Source: the human T2T-CHM13v2.0 reference genome, Homo sapiens
Assembly: GCF_009914755.1 (NCBI RefSeq)
Contig: NC_060936.1
DNA: 64,000 nucleotides
Strand: one strand, 5' to 3'
Shown here: one piece after another, positions 27,916-46,199 of the stretch
Numbering within the stretch: the first letter of the stretch is position 1
Layout of the letters: every line of letters starts with the position of its first letter
Position numbers and translations under genes: made by a program
Notes under the pieces: generated by a model
The model's database searches: none
What the model was told of the DNA's origin: nothing
The model's input: the letters and a program-made list of their open reading frames with translations, nothing else

Positions 27916-30900
27916 GTATCTTGAGAGGCTTGAGCTATGCTTATAGCTGCTTAGAAAGTGTTTAAATGAATAAATGGCTGAGAAGATTTCTGATGAGTTG
28001 TCAAATAGGTCAGGAAGCCTCTTTTTTTCTTAATATATTTTGGCTTGGGGCTAGAATTTTTTAAATTAAAACACACCTTAATTTAAAGGTGTGACTCCAA
28101 TAATGAGAATTTCAACCAATGACACATTATGGAGGGCAAATCTAACTTTTCATAGAGCATTGTACTGTGCAGTATCCTTCGGTTAGGACTTTTGTTGCCT
28201 TTTACTTTTGTGAGGAGAGTCCTAGTATGTCAGCCCTGAAGGGAGTCTTTGATAAACGTAGTCAAAAGATAGAATGCATTGAAATCTTACCATCTACTAG
28301 TCACTCTACTACAGCTTTAAAATTACAAACTCCTTCAATCCTTATGAAAAACCTATGCAGTAGATACTATTATAATTTCTGGTGGAAATTAAGACCTAGA
28401 ACGCTTTAATAACCTACTTAAGTTCATATATATTGCATGTGGAGGATCTTGGATTCTAATCCAGACTGCCTGGTTCCAGAGCACATAATCATGTCACTTA
28501 GGCAAAGCAGCCTGTCTAATAATAACAGCCAGGCTTGAATGAGAGTCTGTTTATACAAAATTAGAAACTGTCACATAACAGGCATTTATGTAAGCATATT
28601 ACATACATTTTTTCATCTGATTTTCACAACCATCCTATGAAGTAACTACAATTCTTATCAACATTTTACAGATGAAAAAAACAAAGGCAAAGAAAGGTTA
28701 AGTTACTTGGCCCTGGATTACAGAGCTTGTGCAGGGTGAACTCAGGTTTATCTGGGCACTGAACTCAGGATCTTTCCTTGTGTCATTCTGTATCTCTTGA
28801 GATCCCTTTTTTTCAAACCCCTATTTCTAGAGATGAGGTTCACTAGGAATAGGATAAAGAAATGCTCATTGAAGGTAATTAGATGTTAGGAAGCTTGTAA
28901 GGGTTATTAACTCCTTTTTACACATATTGCTCATAATAGCATGCAAAAATGCTACCACCAAGAGGCTTCCAAATACAATGGCTTAAACAGGATAGAAGCT
29001 TATTTCTCTCTTGTTAACTGGCAGAGTTTGGTGGTCTGAAGCTGGCTTTCATTTATGGATCTAAAGCAGCTGTTCCACTTGCAATTTCTTATTCAGCAGA
29101 AAGGAGAAAAGAAATATGGAAGGAAAACAGCTTGCTTTTAGGTACACAATATAGAAGTTACATACACCATGTAGTTTCTCCTACTTACATGTCATTGGCC
29201 AGAATGTAGTTACATGGCACCTCACTGGGAGGCAGGTTGAGAAATATCTGGGTGGTTGACCATATACTCTGGGAAAGGAAGGAGAAGATAATAGATGTTG
29301 GTAGATAATCATCAGCCTCTGTCACATGATAGATGAGGAAATGGAGGCCGAGTAAAGACTTACCCAATGATGGCAAACATACAACATGCACATTTTAAAG
29401 ACTAGATTGGGAGAAGTATCAGGATGTGGGGCAGTAGCTTGGCAAGCCGTATAGGGATGCAGAGAAAGCATATTGGAAACCCTGAGTGGAAATAATGGGC
29501 CACAGTGAAGGAATCAGGAACCTGGAAAGCCCAATCTTAGAGGTCCATAGAGTAAATAGCCAGGTACTCATTTATGCTTATGGGATGAATGGTATGATTT
29601 AAGGCACTGACAGGAAGCAGGGCTTCAGGATTGCCCAACTCCAGGAAATACCATTTCCAAACAGTAGAATGTTGGCTCTGCCAGTTAGGCTTTTCTACTA
29701 CCCTGCTGTAGGTTGGATACCCCTGGGAGGCAGACTGTGAGTTGGGGATTGCCAGGCCAGAGGTTTATTAAGGAGAGCTTTTGGAATCAGTACTTACTGG
29801 GGGAAGGGAAGGAAGCAGGATTGAAAAAAGAAAATCAGCTGCAATGTAGTCTCAACAGAAACCTCAGCCAAAGTTATGGGGAGTTCTGAAAATGCGGTGA
29901 TCCTTCATACTTGTCACTGAAGTTGTCTCAGCAAAAACGCTGGGTCTGTATACCCTCTGTTAATTAGTAGTTGGATGCAGGCTGCCCAGAGATGGGGGCA
30001 TGACCTTGGATGAGGTAGCTTGGATGAGATAGCTCTCTTCAGCTGAAGCAAGAAGGGGCTGATTGCAGAGGACACTTTTCCAAAAGTACTCCAGAAGTTA
30101 GGATAATAAGTCTTTCGTCTCTAAGCAGGGGGTCTTGGCAGCATGCGGTGGCATCCACCACACCCCTCAATCACTGCACTATCTGCTATTCCTCCATTAA
30201 ACAGTCTTTATGCCTTGAAGAATTTGGGCACTTCTGAAGCTCTCTCTTTCAAATCTCAAATATCCATGGTGAGGAGGGTATATCTACAGCTTAGATTTCA
30301 TTTATTATTTAATTAACTGTTTTAACTATCAGTTAGCCCCTTCTAGGCAGTTGCTGTCAGTACAAAACAGTAATAGGACATATAACACCAAGACTGAATA
30401 AGACAAGTCAAAAAAGGTCCACCAGGAATTAGGAGGAGAAGCTGGGAGGGAGGCAAAGCCATGCTTCTCTTTTCCTCACCTAACTCAAGGTAGAATCTGC
30501 CTAGGGCGGGAAGCAGGGAGAGGATGGGGCACTGTCGAGTTCTGAAGTCAGACTTACCAACCTCACAATTTTTGCCCAAGGCCAACTCTACCTCAGATAT
30601 TCCCTCTTCCTTTTGTTTGAATTTCTAATTTTCCATTTGCCAAGATGGCTGCCTGTTCAGAATGAAAGATCACAGTTTGATCTGATTCAGAGTTTGATTT
30701 TTTTCCCTCTTCTGTCAGCATAGCAGCTCATGCATCTGAGGGCTACAGCTAAAAAGTGATTTTTAAAGACTTCTCATTGGCAAAGAGATCAATGGAAAGA
30801 AATCTCTCTCTCTCTCCCCCACCACTTTCTATTCTGCCTTTAATTTTTCTCCTTCTCCAATCCCCTGCTAGGAAAGTTTTGTCTGAGGGCATCTAACATA

Positions 30901-31537
30901 CTTTGTCAGAAAGTTGCCTTGTTAAGGATTGGTGTCCTGCTGGGTGAACCGAGGAGGTGGTGTAATTTCCCCCACAGTCTTGGCAATTAACTCAGCTTGA
31001 GGAAGGGGTGGAATCAAAGAATTCCATCGGGGAGATGGCATCCCAAGGCAAAGTCATCTGTCAAGGACAGGTTTGTCGCTAAAACAAACTTCGTGGCAGC
31101 CTCCAAGAAACAAGTCCCTGGAAGGGATGGTGGTGAGGATGCTAACTAGTGGGACATATCAAAGAGGGACAACCTTTCAAAGAAGATATGAAAGAAAGGG
31201 CTCAGGCATCCTATATGCTCTGCACTCCAGGCTCGGTTGTGCCACTCAATGGCTGTGTGATCTTGAATGTTTCTGGGTTTCAGTTTCTCTATCTGTGAAG
31301 TGGGTGAATCCTATCTACATGTTTTAGAGAGGTAAGGCAGTGAACTGACAGCAAAGGACATAGGCCAGTGTAAATTAAAGGGGTTTAATGGTAAAGTCTC
31401 TGGAACTGGAAAGGGAAGTTCTCAGAATATGAAGTAGCTCTAGTGACGGTCTTCTCCCTCTTCTTTTTTGTCACACCTTGTGTCTATTTTGGGACTGTTT
31501 CACTCCCTTCTCTGCGAACTATCAGCTTCATCTCTAA

Positions 31538-31936
<399 letters not shown>

Positions 31937-32680
31937 TCTGTTCTGTTCCTTCAGCTTCCATGACAGATCCTTCTTTCATTTAAGCCACACTCCTGAGAGA
32001 GAGAATCTGATTGGTTCAGCTCCATCTTATGTACTCAGCCTCTGGATTGGCTGCCTTTAGGTCAGGTGATTAAACTTAAGCCAATCAGCTGTCCCATGGC
32101 AGGGCGAACTCACATCACATGCATGGGATAAAACCTGATTGCTTGAGGCTGCCCAGTCAGAAGGGACTTGGCCAGGGCATGGCCACCTGCATTGAACCTT
32201 TAGCTAGTTCTTATCCGCAAATAAACATGTTATGAAAATTCCGTAGGCCCCAAGGCAGTGCAGTAGATGCAAGGAGCACTGACTTTGGGATCAGGAGATG
32301 GTTATAGGTCCTGGCACCAACCCATCTGATTGGGTTCACTTCAGTTCACTTTCCTGGGTCTCCACTTTTACATTCCTCACTGAGGGGTTGAGCTTGACTA
32401 CAGTATTTGTGATATTATTTTCTTGTCTCCACCCACCTTTCTCAGAATCATCTCTAGCAAATGACCAGATAAATGGAGGCAAAGCTGCCCAAACCAATGG
32501 ATTCACACAGAAAATCTAAACCAACTAGGAACACGGAGTCAGTTTAGTGGCTTGTGAGGCTGCTAGCTTGACTTTCTTTAGCTCTAACCTAATCAAGGCT
32601 GTTTGGAGAAGGTAGCTACTTAACGTAGAATGCTTTATTTGGAGGGTGGGAGGTAGGGGAGTGAGAGAGTAATTAGCTAA

Positions 32681-33245
32681 GTATGGCAGACTGTATTTTC
32701 TAAAGATGACCATAACAATATATCCAATCTCACATGCTTTTCCAGAGCCTTAGCACTCCCCCATCAAGAGTCTGTGTCCCTTCCCTTTGAACCTGGGTGG
32801 ACCTTTGAGATGACCTTCAGCAATAGAATACCATGGAAGTGGTGCTATATGACATCCCAGGCTATTTCATAAGAATGCTATGCAATTCCTCCTTGTTCTC
32901 TTGGGATATTCACTTTTGGGACACAGCCACCCATGCTGTGCAAAAGCCCAAGCAGCCTGTGGAGAGGCCCATGTGGAGAGGGACCACGCTCCCCAGACCA
33001 CAGCTTTGGCTGAATTCCCAGCCTAAAGTCTGCACCAACTGGCCAGCCATGTTATTGAGCCATCTTGAAAGTGGAACATCCAGCTCCCAGTTGACCTCCC
33101 TCATTCAATGCTGCATGGAGCAGAGAATTGTCATCCCTGCCAAGTCCTGATCAAATTGCAGATTCGTGATCAAAATAAATGTTGTTGTTTTAGGCCACTG
33201 AATTTTGGGGAGTGGTTTTTGAGACAGCAATAGATAGCAGATACA
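32681..33245 (+). mobile_element. MaLR solo LTR (MLT1G/F-like)
   Basis: tatggcagactgtattttc start, ggagaggcccatgtggagagg core, gcaatagatagcagataca end. Confidence 0.8.
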
Positions 33246-33462
33246 GTATTGAATAAACACTCACGTGAACTTTCCTAGTTCTGTCTGTCAATGGGAAGTG
33301 AGGAGGGTTCAAGACTAAGCAGAGAGAGGGAGAAGGGCTAAAAATGTACAAGGGGAGTTTATGGGCTGTAAAGAGAAGGGTCTACTGCAATTCTAATAAT
33401 AACTGCTGATTGAGAACTTGCTATGCACCAGATTCTGAACATTTCTGAGAGGTGGGGACTAC

Positions 33463-33696
33463 TTTTTTTTTTTTTTTTTTTTTTGAGACAGAGTCTCACT
33501 CTGAGTGCAGTGGCGTGATCTCGGCTCACTGAAACCTCTGCCTCCCAGGTTCAAGTGATTCTCCTGCGTCAGCCTACCGAGTAGCTGGGACTACAGGTGT
33601 GCACCACCATGCCCAGCTAATTTTAGTGTTTTTAGTAGGGACGGGGTTTCACCATGTTGGCCAGGATGGTCTCGATCTCTTGACCTCGTGATCTGC
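33463..33696 (-). mobile_element. 5'-truncated AluSc-like inserted in a MIR
   Basis: ccaggatggtctcgatctcttgacctcgtgatc; TSD aggtggggact. Confidence 0.92.
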
Positions 33697-34774
33697 AGGT
33701 GGGGACTGTTATTGCCTCCATCTGACAGCTGAAGAAACTGATGCCTGGAGAGTTTAAGTCTCTCACTCAAGGTCACAAAGTCAGTATGTTGGGGAGGTCA
33801 TGTTTCAACCTGGTTCTGTCTTCTCAACCATGGCATGAAGCCAGACCAAATTCACCCTTGACTAGCGGCCTATTCTTAACAGATGTAAAACCATTTACTC
33901 AGGAAAATTGAGTCCACATGGTGATTCATTGTGAATTTAATAATCACTTCTAATAGAAATTTAGTGCTTACCATGTGCCAGGCACGATTCTAAGCACCAT
34001 ACTTACATATTTCATTTCATCCTCACAATAAGCCTCATTTTTCAGAGTAAGGACCTGAGGCTCTGAGAAATTAAAATACTCAAGGTCACACAGGTAGTAA
34101 ATGGTAGAGATGAGTCTGACACCAAATCCCTAGCTGTTAACCACTACTGCTTCCTAATTTTATGGGCAAAGATAGGAAATAAAAGGAAGGAACAGCGGGG
34201 GGAGGGAGAGAGTTGGAAATCCGGAAGGGGAAAAACCTAAGGTAAGATATAAAGGAAGAAAAGATGGAGGAATGTGGAAGGTGGGTTTTGTTAATGCCTG
34301 AACTGGTCATTTCCAAGTGGGGACATCCTCAGTGGGGAAGGAGTTTGCAAATTGTCAAGCCGTTGTGATGAAGACATCAAGTTTGGGGCTGGAGATAGAA
34401 GGACACCAACAGGCTGACTGCAGAACCTGCATTCCATAGAGCTGTTCTTCCTGTAATATTGTAGAAACATATAGAGTGAAAGAGGAGAGTGAAATACTGT
34501 ATAATTTATTTGTCTTCTTTACTGAGAAAATCTCCATATAATTTATCAGTTTAAGTGAATTTTTGAGTTCTTTTTATAAGCCCTTAAGAGACAGGTTCTA
34601 TGTTGCCAATAGGGGTTTTTTCATGATTTCCTGAACCACAAGTGGGGATCATACTTTAGAATAAGGAGAGGGCTTAAGAAAAATAAGCAAGAATTCTCAT
34701 AACCAAAAGCTACATGCCCAAGTGCAAAGAGAATGCATAATGTTACACAGAATGTAAGTTTCTTTCTCTCTTCC

Positions 34775-35145
34775 CAACACAGTGTGAGTACATGTACATA
34801 CACACAAATACATACAGTCTAAAACATGCATATACTCACACAGACACACCTGTAGAACACACAGAGCCACATATACAGCCACATACACGGTCACACACCT
34901 AGATCCACATAGACATATAGCCACATACAAAGACACATACACATAGAACATATGTAGTCCTATGTACAAATACACATAATCATACATACATAATTGCACA
35001 CATGCATAGACCTACACATGGTTTCATGTACATATACACAGTCTAATACATTTGTGTAGTCACATAATCCCACCTACATAGTCACACACACAAATAGATA
35101 TATACACAATTATGCACATAGACTTAGAGACAGACACACACATAC
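34775..35145. repeat. Degenerate (CA/TA)-rich low-complexity repeat
   Basis: cacata/tacaca-type units over ~370 bp. Confidence 0.85.
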
Positions 35146-35194
35146 CACTGGGATTCCCTGGGTTTTTTGGGAGTCTTCAAAAATTCTAACAAGT

Positions 35195-35420
35195 TCCTGG
35201 CTCCGAAGCTAGTCTGCCTGGGTTCAAATTCTGTTTCTTCTACTTGCTGGCTTTGTGTCCTTGGACAAGTTACTTAACCTCTCTGTGCCTCGGTTTCTTC
35301 ATCTGTAAAACAGAGATGATAATAGAGATGATGTGAGAATCAAGTGAATTCTTGCATGTATGGGCTTAGAAAAGAGTCTGGCACATGGCAGTTGTCCATA
35401 AGTGTTGGCAATTATTGTCG
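35195..35420 (+). mobile_element. MIR
   Basis: MIR core ccttggacaagttacttaacctctctgtgcctcggtttcttcatctgtaaaa; similar MIR cores near 0.6, 3.1, 6.2, 24.0, 28.6, 33.7, 34.0, 37.9 and 48.3 kb. Confidence 0.85.
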
Positions 35421-36225
35421 TTGCTGTGAGTTGGGCAATATCACTATCATCATCATTTGTCATCATTACAAACTTCCTTTTATGTAACCTTGGTGTGCTA
35501 GACTCTGTGCTAAGTGGATTACTTGTGGTATCTTATTTACTACTGAAAATGGCTGCATGAGGTGGGTACTATTATCTTAATAGAGGACTGGAAAGATTTG
35601 ATAACTCATCCCAAGTCACACATCCGGTAAGTGGCTAAGCTGGGGCTTGAACCTAAGTCTGTTTGGGTCTAAGCCCTGGTTGTGAACTATATACAACACA
35701 TGATCTCAGTTGTGAACTACTTTGTACACTAGAATTCTCCTGTTTGGGTATCAGCTCCCTGAGGGACTGTGCCTGTTTTGTTCATTGCTGTGTCTCAGCG
35801 CACAGAACAGGGCCTGACTCCAGATCTACTCTTTGAAAGAAAAATGGGTTCATTCACCTGCAAAATGGGGAATATCCATCTCATAGTGCTGCCAAAATTA
35901 AATAGTGTAATTTTTATGAAAGTGCTTGGCACATAGCAGGGCTCGGCTCAATAAACAGTGACAATGATGATTTTTGTTAAAGAATAAAGGATGATTCAGA
36001 GGCCTAACACTTCAGGAACAAAACAGCATTGCCATCAGTGAAAGAGAAAAGGCAACTTGGGCTGCTTTAAGGGATCACAAAAAAGTTGGTTTGAAGTAGG
36101 AAGAATATGAGGTGGCAGCAATCTCTCATGTCCACATGGAATCATTTAGCAGGTGGTTGGGATGCATAGAAGGGAGAGATAAAAAGTCATGACAGAGGTG
36201 AGGACTCCTCTTAAATGGGAGAGCC

Positions 36226-36741
36226 GTGGGGTGGTACACAGACCTTAACAAGGTCCCAGTGGTCCTCGTCTCCTGGTATTCATGCCTTTGTATAATTCCC
36301 CCAACCTTGAGTGTGGGCTGGACTTATTGACTCACTTTAATTGTGGAGAATACAGCAGAAGTGATAGGATGTCAAGCTGAGATTAGATTATAAAAAGACG
36401 GGTTTCCATCTTGTGTTCTCTTTGATTGCTCACTCTATGGAAGCCCACTGCAATGTTGTAATGCAGTCCTGTGCAGAGCCACATGTGGTAAGGACCTGAG
36501 GCCTGCGAACAGCCATTTGAGTGAGCTTGGGAGTGGGTCCTCCCCGAGTAAACCTTGAGATGACTGCAGCCCTGGTTGACACCTGATTGCAGCCTCATGA
36601 GGGACCTTGAGCCAGAATCACCTGGAGAAGCCACTCCTGGATTCCTGACCCAAAGAAAGTGTGAGTTAAGAAAAGTTTGTTCTTTTTAGCCACTAAGTTT
36701 TGGGGGTACTTTGTTATGCAGCAGTAGGTAACTAATAATAC
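36226..36741 (+). mobile_element. MaLR solo LTR (MLT1E-like)
   Basis: ttgagtgtgggctggactt, gatgactgcagccctggttgacacc, ...gcagtaggtaactaataataca. Confidence 0.8.
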
Positions 36742-39421
36742 ACATGGAAATGACTGAGATCAGGAGAGAAAAAGTGTAGAGAGAGGAGTCTGAAGTTAGA
36801 GCTTGGGAAAATGTCCTTGTTGTGGGGATAGGAAGAGTCAGAGGAAACAGTAACACAGAAGATATGAGAGAGTTAGAGAGAGAAAGAAGAAGAAAAAGAC
36901 AGGGATAACCAGTGGGGTACCAGAACCCAGAAGGAAGTAGACCAGGCCACCGAGTAGATTGGCTAAATTATATACAGCAGAGAGATTCAGACTGAGAAAC
37001 TGAGAAATATGGGTCCCAGAGCAGGCTAATACTTTTGCACACTTCATACTGATGTTCTTTAAATATTTGCTTGGCATTGATTTAGAGGACAGCCTGAGCA
37101 CTGCATGGGGCAAAGGCCTCTCCCCTCTTGACCCAGACAATGAGCTGTGGCTCCCAGATTGCATTCCATATTCAGCAAAACCAAAGCCCTGCAGTTAAAG
37201 TGACCAACCCTCAAAGGGGGCAGTTAGAAATCATTTGCCAGCACTCAAGCATGACTTTTGGGGAGATCTCTCAGCCCTTCCCCAAGTAACTTCTCAAAAT
37301 TTGTTTTCCAACAGCACATTGTACTATCCCTGGAAGGAGTTCTGGTAAACACAATTTTCTTCCTTTTGTGATATTAGAGTGATATTTTAGAGTCCTATAT
37401 AGACTGGAGCCCTGGGTACTTGCCTGACTGCCCTGCCCATTAATCAGGTCCAGAAGGAAGGAGCATGGGGAGAAGCCATTTGAGTGGCTATCATGAGGTT
37501 GCTGATAGCTTTGGGAAGAGCAGTTTCAGTGGGGAGATGGGGAGGATCCTAGATTAAGGGAAGTACATGTATGCTGAGGATGTGGAATCTGTAGGTGTGA
37601 AGACGGTACTTTTGAGAGGTTTGATAGATTGAGGAGAGAACAGGGTGAAGGGAAATGGCTCTCATTTTTTTCTTTACTCATACGGAAGATCTGAACATTT
37701 TGCTAAGCAGAGGGGAAGGATCTGTCAGACAGGGATAATTCTGCATAAAAGAGGAGGAGAAATTGAGGGGCAAAAAGCATCAAGAGGGGACAGGAGTAGG
37801 AGGACCAAGAATGTTTGAAAGCTTGGGTTTTTGTGTTGGACAGACTTGGATTTGAATCTTGGCTCTGCCTCTTGCTAGGTGTGTATCCCTTAACCTTTCC
37901 AGGCTTGATTTTCTCAACCCTAGAATGGGGATAACAGTGCTTGTCTCACAGAATTGTTGTAAGGGCTAAATAAGATAATGTTTTGTAGAGTGTTTAGCAG
38001 AGTACCTGGTGCTTATTAATACTCAGGAAATGTTGGTAAAGTAATAAACAAAATCAGAGTGGAGGCTAGGGGAAGGTCTGGAGACATTTAGGAATGGAGC
38101 AGAGAGAGCGTCAAGGCTTGATAAATTTTACTCCTGGGAAGTTTGAGAACTTTTTGGTCAGTAAAAATTTGAGAGAAATTCTGGTGAGGGCAGGAGCTCT
38201 GGGAAAGTCCTCTTCTGAATGCCTTTGGATGCTGTTGTGTGAGTTGTGATGCCTGGAGCTGTGGCAAATATTTTGCCACCCTAAGGGTGGAAACACCTGA
38301 AGATAAAAGCCAACAGGAAGCAAGTGGATTGAAAAGGTGGAAATGTCCTTTATGTCATTGTTGAGCTGCTGAACAAACTAGTTTAAGTTCCTTATAATTT
38401 AAGCTATTTTTTAGTTGGGTATTCTGTTAATTACAGTCAAATGCATTGTAATTGATAAAGTGTTGTCGGAGGAGGACTCAGAAGCTGCAAAAGCAAGGAA
38501 GCTGGGGCAAGTAAGCATGCTCAAGGAACTGTAAATAGTTGGGCTGCAGAATTGGGCGGAAGGTAGGAAAGAGAATTCTGAGTTCAGCAGAAACACAACC
38601 ATGGAAGTGGGAAATCACTCAATGTAAATGTCATTTATTTAGAGGAGAGTTTTAGTACTGCATTGGGCAAAGCCATCTCCTTCATTGACGCAAAAAATTA
38701 GCTTTAGCAATGCTTCAAAAATCCCTCGATGCCAAAGTAAGAAGCAGGAAATAGTGACAAGGTCCAAGATACTGGAAGAAAATAGATCATGAAAGGTTTT
38801 TTTTTAAATTTTATTATTATTATACTTTAAGTTTTAGGGTACATGTGCACAACATGCAGGTTTGTTACATATCTATACATGTGACGTGTTGGTGTGCTTC
38901 ACCCAGTAACTCGTCATTTAGCATTAGGTATATCTCCCAATGCTATCCCTCCCCCCTCCCCCCACCCCACAACAGTCCCCGGTGTGTGATATTCCCCTTC
39001 CTGTGTCCATGTGTTCTCATTGTTCAATTCCCATCTATGAGTGAGAACATGCGGTGTTTGGTTTTTTGTCCTTGCGATAGTTTGCTGAGAATGATGGTTT
39101 CCAGCTTCATCCATGTCCGTACAAAGGACATGAACTCATCATTTTTTATGGCTGCATAGTATTCCATGGTGTATATGTGCCACGTTTTCTTTTTTATTTT
39201 TATTTTTTTTATTATTATTATACTTTAAGTTTTAGGGTACATGTGCACAATGTGCAGGTTAGTTACATATGTATACATGTGCCATGCTGGTGTGCTGCCC
39301 CCAATTACTCGTCATTTAGCATTAGGTATATCTCCTAATGCTATCCCTCCCCCCTCCCCCCACCCCACAACAGTCCCCAGAGTGTGATGTTCCCCTTCCT
39401 GTGTCCATGTGTTCTCATTGT

Positions 39422-43249
<3,828 letters not shown>

Positions 43250-43312
43250 TATGATGTTAGCTGGTTATTTTGCTCATTAGTTGATGCAGTTTCTTCCTAG
43301 CCTTGATGGTCT

Positions 43313-44329
43313 TTACAATTTGGCATGTTTTTGCAGTGGCTGGTACCAGGTGTTCCTTTCCATGCTTAGTGCTTCCTTCAGGAGCTCTTTTAGGGCAGGC
43401 CTGGTGGTGACAAAATCTCTCAGCATTTGCTTGTCTGTAAAGGATTTTATTTCTCCTTCACTTACGAAGCTTAGTTTGGCTGGATATGAAATTCTGGGTT
43501 GAAAATTCTTTTCTTTAAGAATGTTGAATATTGTTCCCCACTCTCTTCTGGCTTATAGAGTTTCTGCCGAGAGATCAGCTGTTTGTCTGATGGGCTTCCC
43601 TTTGTGTGTAACCCAACCTTTCTCTCTGGCTGCCCTTAACATTTTTTCCTTCATTTCAATTTTGGTGAATCTGAAAATTATGTGTCTTGGAGTTGCTCTT
43701 CTCGAGGAGTATCTTTGTGGCGTTCTCTGTATTTCCTGAATTTGAATGTTGGCCTGCCTTGCTAGATTGGGGAAGTTCTCCTGGATAATATCCTGCAGAG
43801 TGTTCTCCAACTTGGTTCCATTCTCCCCGTCACTTTCAGGTACACCAATCAGACGTAGATTTGGTCTTTTCACGTAGTCCCATATTTCTTGGAGGCTTTG
43901 TTCGTTTCTTTTTATTCTTTTTTCTCTAAACTTCTCTTCTCGCTTCATTTCATTCATTTCATCTTCCATCGCTGATACCCTTTCTTCCAGTTGATCACAT
44001 CGGCTGCTGAGGCTTGTGCATTCGTCATGTAGTTCTTGTGCCATGGTTTTCAGCTCCATCAGGTCCTTTAAGGACTTCTCCGCATTGATTATTCTAGTTA
44101 GCTATTCGTCTAATTTTTTTTCAAGGTTTTTGACTTGTTTGTCATTGGTTCGAACTTCCTCCTTTAGCTTGGAGTAGTTTGATCTTCTGAAGCCTTCTTC
44201 TTTCAACTCGTCAAAGTCATTCTCCTTCCAGCTTTGTTCCATTGCTGGTGAGGAGCTGTGTTCCTTTGGAGAAGGAGAGGCACTCTGATTTTTAGAGTTT
44301 CCAGTTTTTCTGCTCTCTTTTTTCCCCAT
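43313..44329 (-). pseudogene. Disrupted L1 ORF1
   Basis: MGKKESRKTGNSK..., LQEIWDYVKRPNLRLIGVPE; split by stops. Confidence 0.95.
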
Positions 44330-46199
44330 CTTTGTGGTTTTATCTACCTTTGGTCTTTGATGATGGTGACGTCCAGATGGGTTTTTGGTGTGGATGTCCT
44401 TTCTGTTTGTTAGTTTTCCTTCTGACAGACAGGACCCTCAGCTGCAGGTCTGTTGGAGTTTGCTGGAGGTCCACTCCAGACGCTGTTTGCCTGGGTATCA
44501 GCAGTGGTGGCTGCTGAACAGCAGATATTGGTCAACCGCAAATGCTGCTGCCTGATCGTTCCTCTGGAAGTTTTGTTTCAGAGGAGTACCCGGCCGCGTG
44601 AGGTGTCAGTCTGCCCCTACTGGGGTGGGGGGATGCCTCCCACTTAGGCTACTCAGGGGTCAGGGACCCACTTGAGGAGGCAGTCTGCCCATTCTCAGAT
44701 CTCAAGTTGCATGCTGGGAGAACCACTACTCTCTTCAAAGCTTTCAGACAGGGACATTTAAGTCTGCAGAGGTTACTGCTGCCTTTTGTTTGTTTGTGCC
44801 CTGCCCCCAGAGGTGGAGCCTAGAGAGGCAGGCAGGCCTACTTGAGCTGTGGTGGGCTACACCCAGTTCGAGTTTCCCTGCTGCTTTGTTTACCTACTCA
44901 AGTCTCAGCAATGGTGGGCGCCCCTCCCCCAGCCTCGCTGCCACCTTGCAGTTTGATCTCAGACTGCTGTGCTAGCAATGAGTGAGGCTCTGTGGGCGTA
45001 GGACCCTCTGAGCCATGTGCGGGATATAATCTCCTGGTGTGCCATTTGTTAAGCCTGTTGGAAAAGTGCAATATTAGGGTGGGAGTGACTTGATTTTCCA
45101 GGTGCTGTCTGTCACCCCTTTCTTTGACTAGGAAAGGGAATTCCCTGACCCCTTGTGCTTCCCAGGTGAGGCGATGCCTCGCCCTGCTTCAGCTCATGCG
45201 TGGTGTGCTGCACCCACTGTCCTGCACCCACTGAGGAACCCGGTACCTCAGTTGGAAATGGAGAAATCACCCGTCTTCTGCATTGCTCACGCTGGGAGCT
45301 GTAGACTGGAGCTGTTCCTATTTGGCCATCTTGGCTCCACACCCCATGAAAGGTTTTGAACACCATGCTTGATAGATGGATATCTTGAATGTAGCAGGGA
45401 GCCATTGAAACATTTCAAACATTAGGAGCTTTATGGGCATTAAGAATTAGAGTAGTGATGGGGTAAGACTGACTTTTTAACACTTATATATTGTCTGTTT
45501 CTAAATGGGGCCAATATTCCTTTTTCTTCCTTTGGGATGAAATTCTTACTCATTCTAGATGAATGAGCCCTTATTCCTCTTTCTTTGTCTAGGTCACAAA
45601 TCCTGGGATAAATGAGGGCCCTGGTTGTGTTATAAGGACAGACGAGAACATGTGTTAATCTTTAGCACTGTGATATTTCTCATGTACTTTCATTTAGCAG
45701 CCTTGTCTCTTATTAAATCTAATTAGTTTCTTGGCTGCTAAGATATTGAGGGCATCCTCAAAATGAAAATGTGTAGCCAGAGTCAGATTTAGCAAAGGAC
45801 CATGTCCAGAGTTTTCTGCCATCCCCTTCAGAGGTTCTTAGTGAAGAGGGACTCAAGGGGCAACCCCTCTCCCCTATTATCAATTGTTTGCAGGATAGTG
45901 GACTTTTTAGAAGTTGAAGGATCTTAGAATGTGTACAGTATCATCAGTCTGCAGTTGAGGAAACAGTTCCAGTGAGAGGAAATGACTTGCTCAATGTTAA
46001 ACAGCAAATCAGGATCAGAGGTGGAGCTGGAACACAGGTCTTCTGACTCCTAATCTGTTGGCTACATCAAGATGAGCATCCACTGTAGAGCTTGGATGCC
46101 ATCAATGCATGAAAATATTAATGAGTGAATTATCTACTTTAAAAATTAATCCCCATGCAAATACATCTTTTCACTGAACACTAGTCTATCCTCACCCAT

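Noticed and set aside
34697-34999. 100-aa Cys/Val/Tyr-rich ORF
   Set aside because: Translation of a low-complexity TG/TA repeat
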